In this document: positions 62,614 to 64,000 of the stretch, piece by piece
Layout: every line of letters begins with the position of its first letter
How positions within the stretch are numbered: position 1 is the stretch's first letter
NCBI RefSeq assembly: GCF_044704955.1
Contig: NC_091990.1
Coordinates: 156,612,001 to 156,676,000 of the forward strand
Reading direction: 5' to 3'
Source: Pristiophorus japonicus
Taxonomy: Eukaryota
DNA: 64,000 nt
Notes under the pieces: model-generated
What the model was told of the DNA's origin: nothing
Databases searched by the model: none
What the model saw: the letters and a program-made list of their open reading frames with translations, nothing else
Translations under genes and position numbers: made by a program

Positions 62614-64000
62614 GGGCTCAAAATTGGCCAGGAGTTGCTCCATTTTCTTTGGAGTAACTTGATTTTTCTGCAGTGTCTTAAAAATCCACATTTTACACAT
62701 TCAATTTGCGCCAGTGTAAGTGAGTTCGTTAAGATTTTTTTTCAAGTTTTTTTTTCAAAAGGGGGCGTTACCAGCCACTTACGACCATTTTGGCCATTTA
62801 AGCCACTTTGGCTAGCTAATAGTTACTCCAAACTAACTTAGGCTAGTGTATGTGGCCACTTGTGGCCGCTTGTGAAAATCCTTGTGGAGAGTTAAGAAAT
62901 CACCGTAGGTAGTGGGTACATTGGAGGCCAGCAGAACTTAATGACTTGACTAAAGAATGTGAATAGGATCAAAGAGCTATACAGGACATCATATGACAAA
63001 CTTCGCAAAGTTAATTTACTATACAACAGAAGCATTCATGGAAGCTTAAACTACAAAAATAAAAGTAGTAAAGAGACAAAACATATTTACGTGATTTTTT
63101 CAAAATATCCAAATAAAAAATAGAAGTAAGTCCTACCCTACCTTCATCTGTAGCCCGGGAACATTACAGATTAATATAAACACTGACAGCAGCCAGTGAC
63201 AATCAATCAAACCAAGTGAAGATCCAGAATGGGGATTGCTTCTGAATGAATCCTCCCAGCGACGCAGCAAGTCCAGATTCCAGTCCCAGGGATCATCACT
63301 TTGGGATCAGCCTCAGGCTTGGGCTGATGAGTTTGAGGATGATTCTCCTTTTTCAGCAATGTTTGCTGGGCTGTAACCAGATTTCTTCTCTCCTCCTCTC
63401 TTCTTCCACCTAACGGTACCGATGACCAGAGCAATCAGGGCGACGGCAGCAATCACAATTCCAACAGTCAAAATGAGATTTGTTCCCTTTGGAGATCCGG
63501 GAGTCACTCGGAACGTCCCGTCCCAGTCTTGGTTCTTCACTCCTATGTTGTCACTCTGCTCATACTGACAGGAATAGGTGGCTCCATCCTCGGACTCGAT
63601 CTCAGCCCATCTTGTCAGCTGGTAGATTCCATCGTGGTTGGGCAGGATGCCATTGGATTCCGTGTCCGTGATCGGCTCGTGATTTCTCAGGAGGGTGACT
63701 TTGGTATCACGAGGGTAAAAGCCCGTGACGAGGCAGGAGAGTTAGGTCGGTTTATGGCCACTCGGCCTGGGATAGGGACGGGACACACACAGAGATGCTG
63801 GGGGCGAGGAACTATTGCGCATGCGCGCACACTCCAACGCGCATGTGCAGACATCCTGGCACTGTTTTCAGCGCGGGACACTGACTCCGCCCCCGACTCA
63901 ACTGGCCACGCTGCGCGAAGACCCGAGAGAGGCCAGACAGCGGCCAAAATCGGGACGTCTTTTTTTAGGCACGTTTGGAAACGTAGAAAAGTTGTGCAAA
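62614..64000 (-). mobile_element. Harbinger-type non-autonomous element (diverged relative of copies 1-3, inverted) carrying captured gene cargo; far TIR just beyond the window
   Basis: End GGGCTCAAAATTGGCC; shares AGTTGCTCC, CAAAAGGGGGCGT, TTACTCCAAACTAACTTA and GCGCTGAAAACAGTGCC blocks with copies 1-3. Confidence 0.8.
63313..63741 (-). pseudogene. Intronless MHC class I heavy-chain fragment (alpha3 C1-set domain, connecting peptide, TM, cytoplasmic tail), 142 open codons, no ATG
   Basis: LSCLVTGFYPRDTKVTLLRNHEPITDTESNGILPNHDGIYQLTRWAEIESEDGATYSCQYEQSDNIGVKNQDWDGTFRVTPGSPKGTNLILTVGIVIAAVALIALVIGTVRWKKRGGEKKSGYSPANIAEKGESSSNSSAQA*. Confidence 0.85.

Noticed and set aside
63313-63540. 75-aa GTG-started membrane microprotein as a standalone gene
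   Set aside because: It is the 3' half of the longer MHC class I fragment; the GTG is an internal valine codon.

Overview
Vertebrate genomic DNA, almost certainly from a cartilaginous fish (shark-type CR1 and L2 LINEs, a Deu-domain SacSINE1-like SINE, Penelope-like terminal repeats, a shark-type MHC class I tail). The only host gene is a vesicular glutamate transporter, SLC17A6/VGLUT2-like, on the minus strand. Coding exons 1-11 (ATG at 41412; 86/253/119/115/88/87/143/150/133/111/128 nt, all GT-AG, in frame, 471 codons) are in the window; the last exon lies left of base 1. Its upstream region holds a REST/NRSF RE1 site. About 16 kb around exons 1-3 is almost transposon-free; the rest is heavily nested transposons: CR1/L2 LINEs, PIF/Harbinger MITEs with 3-bp TSDs, and a decayed full-length Harbinger (Myb-like gene plus transposase) inside a CR1 tail that itself contains a Mag-type Gypsy LTR element. 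The most striking observation is at the right edge. A Harbinger-type non-autonomous element carries an intronless, stop-free 142-codon MHC class I fragment (alpha3 + TM + cytoplasmic tail + probable 3'UTR) between a GC-box/NRF1-like promoter module and a splice-donor-like site. Sister copies fill the same slot with other cargo, suggesting a Pack-type gene-capturing Harbinger family. All calls were made by eye; no database searches were run.
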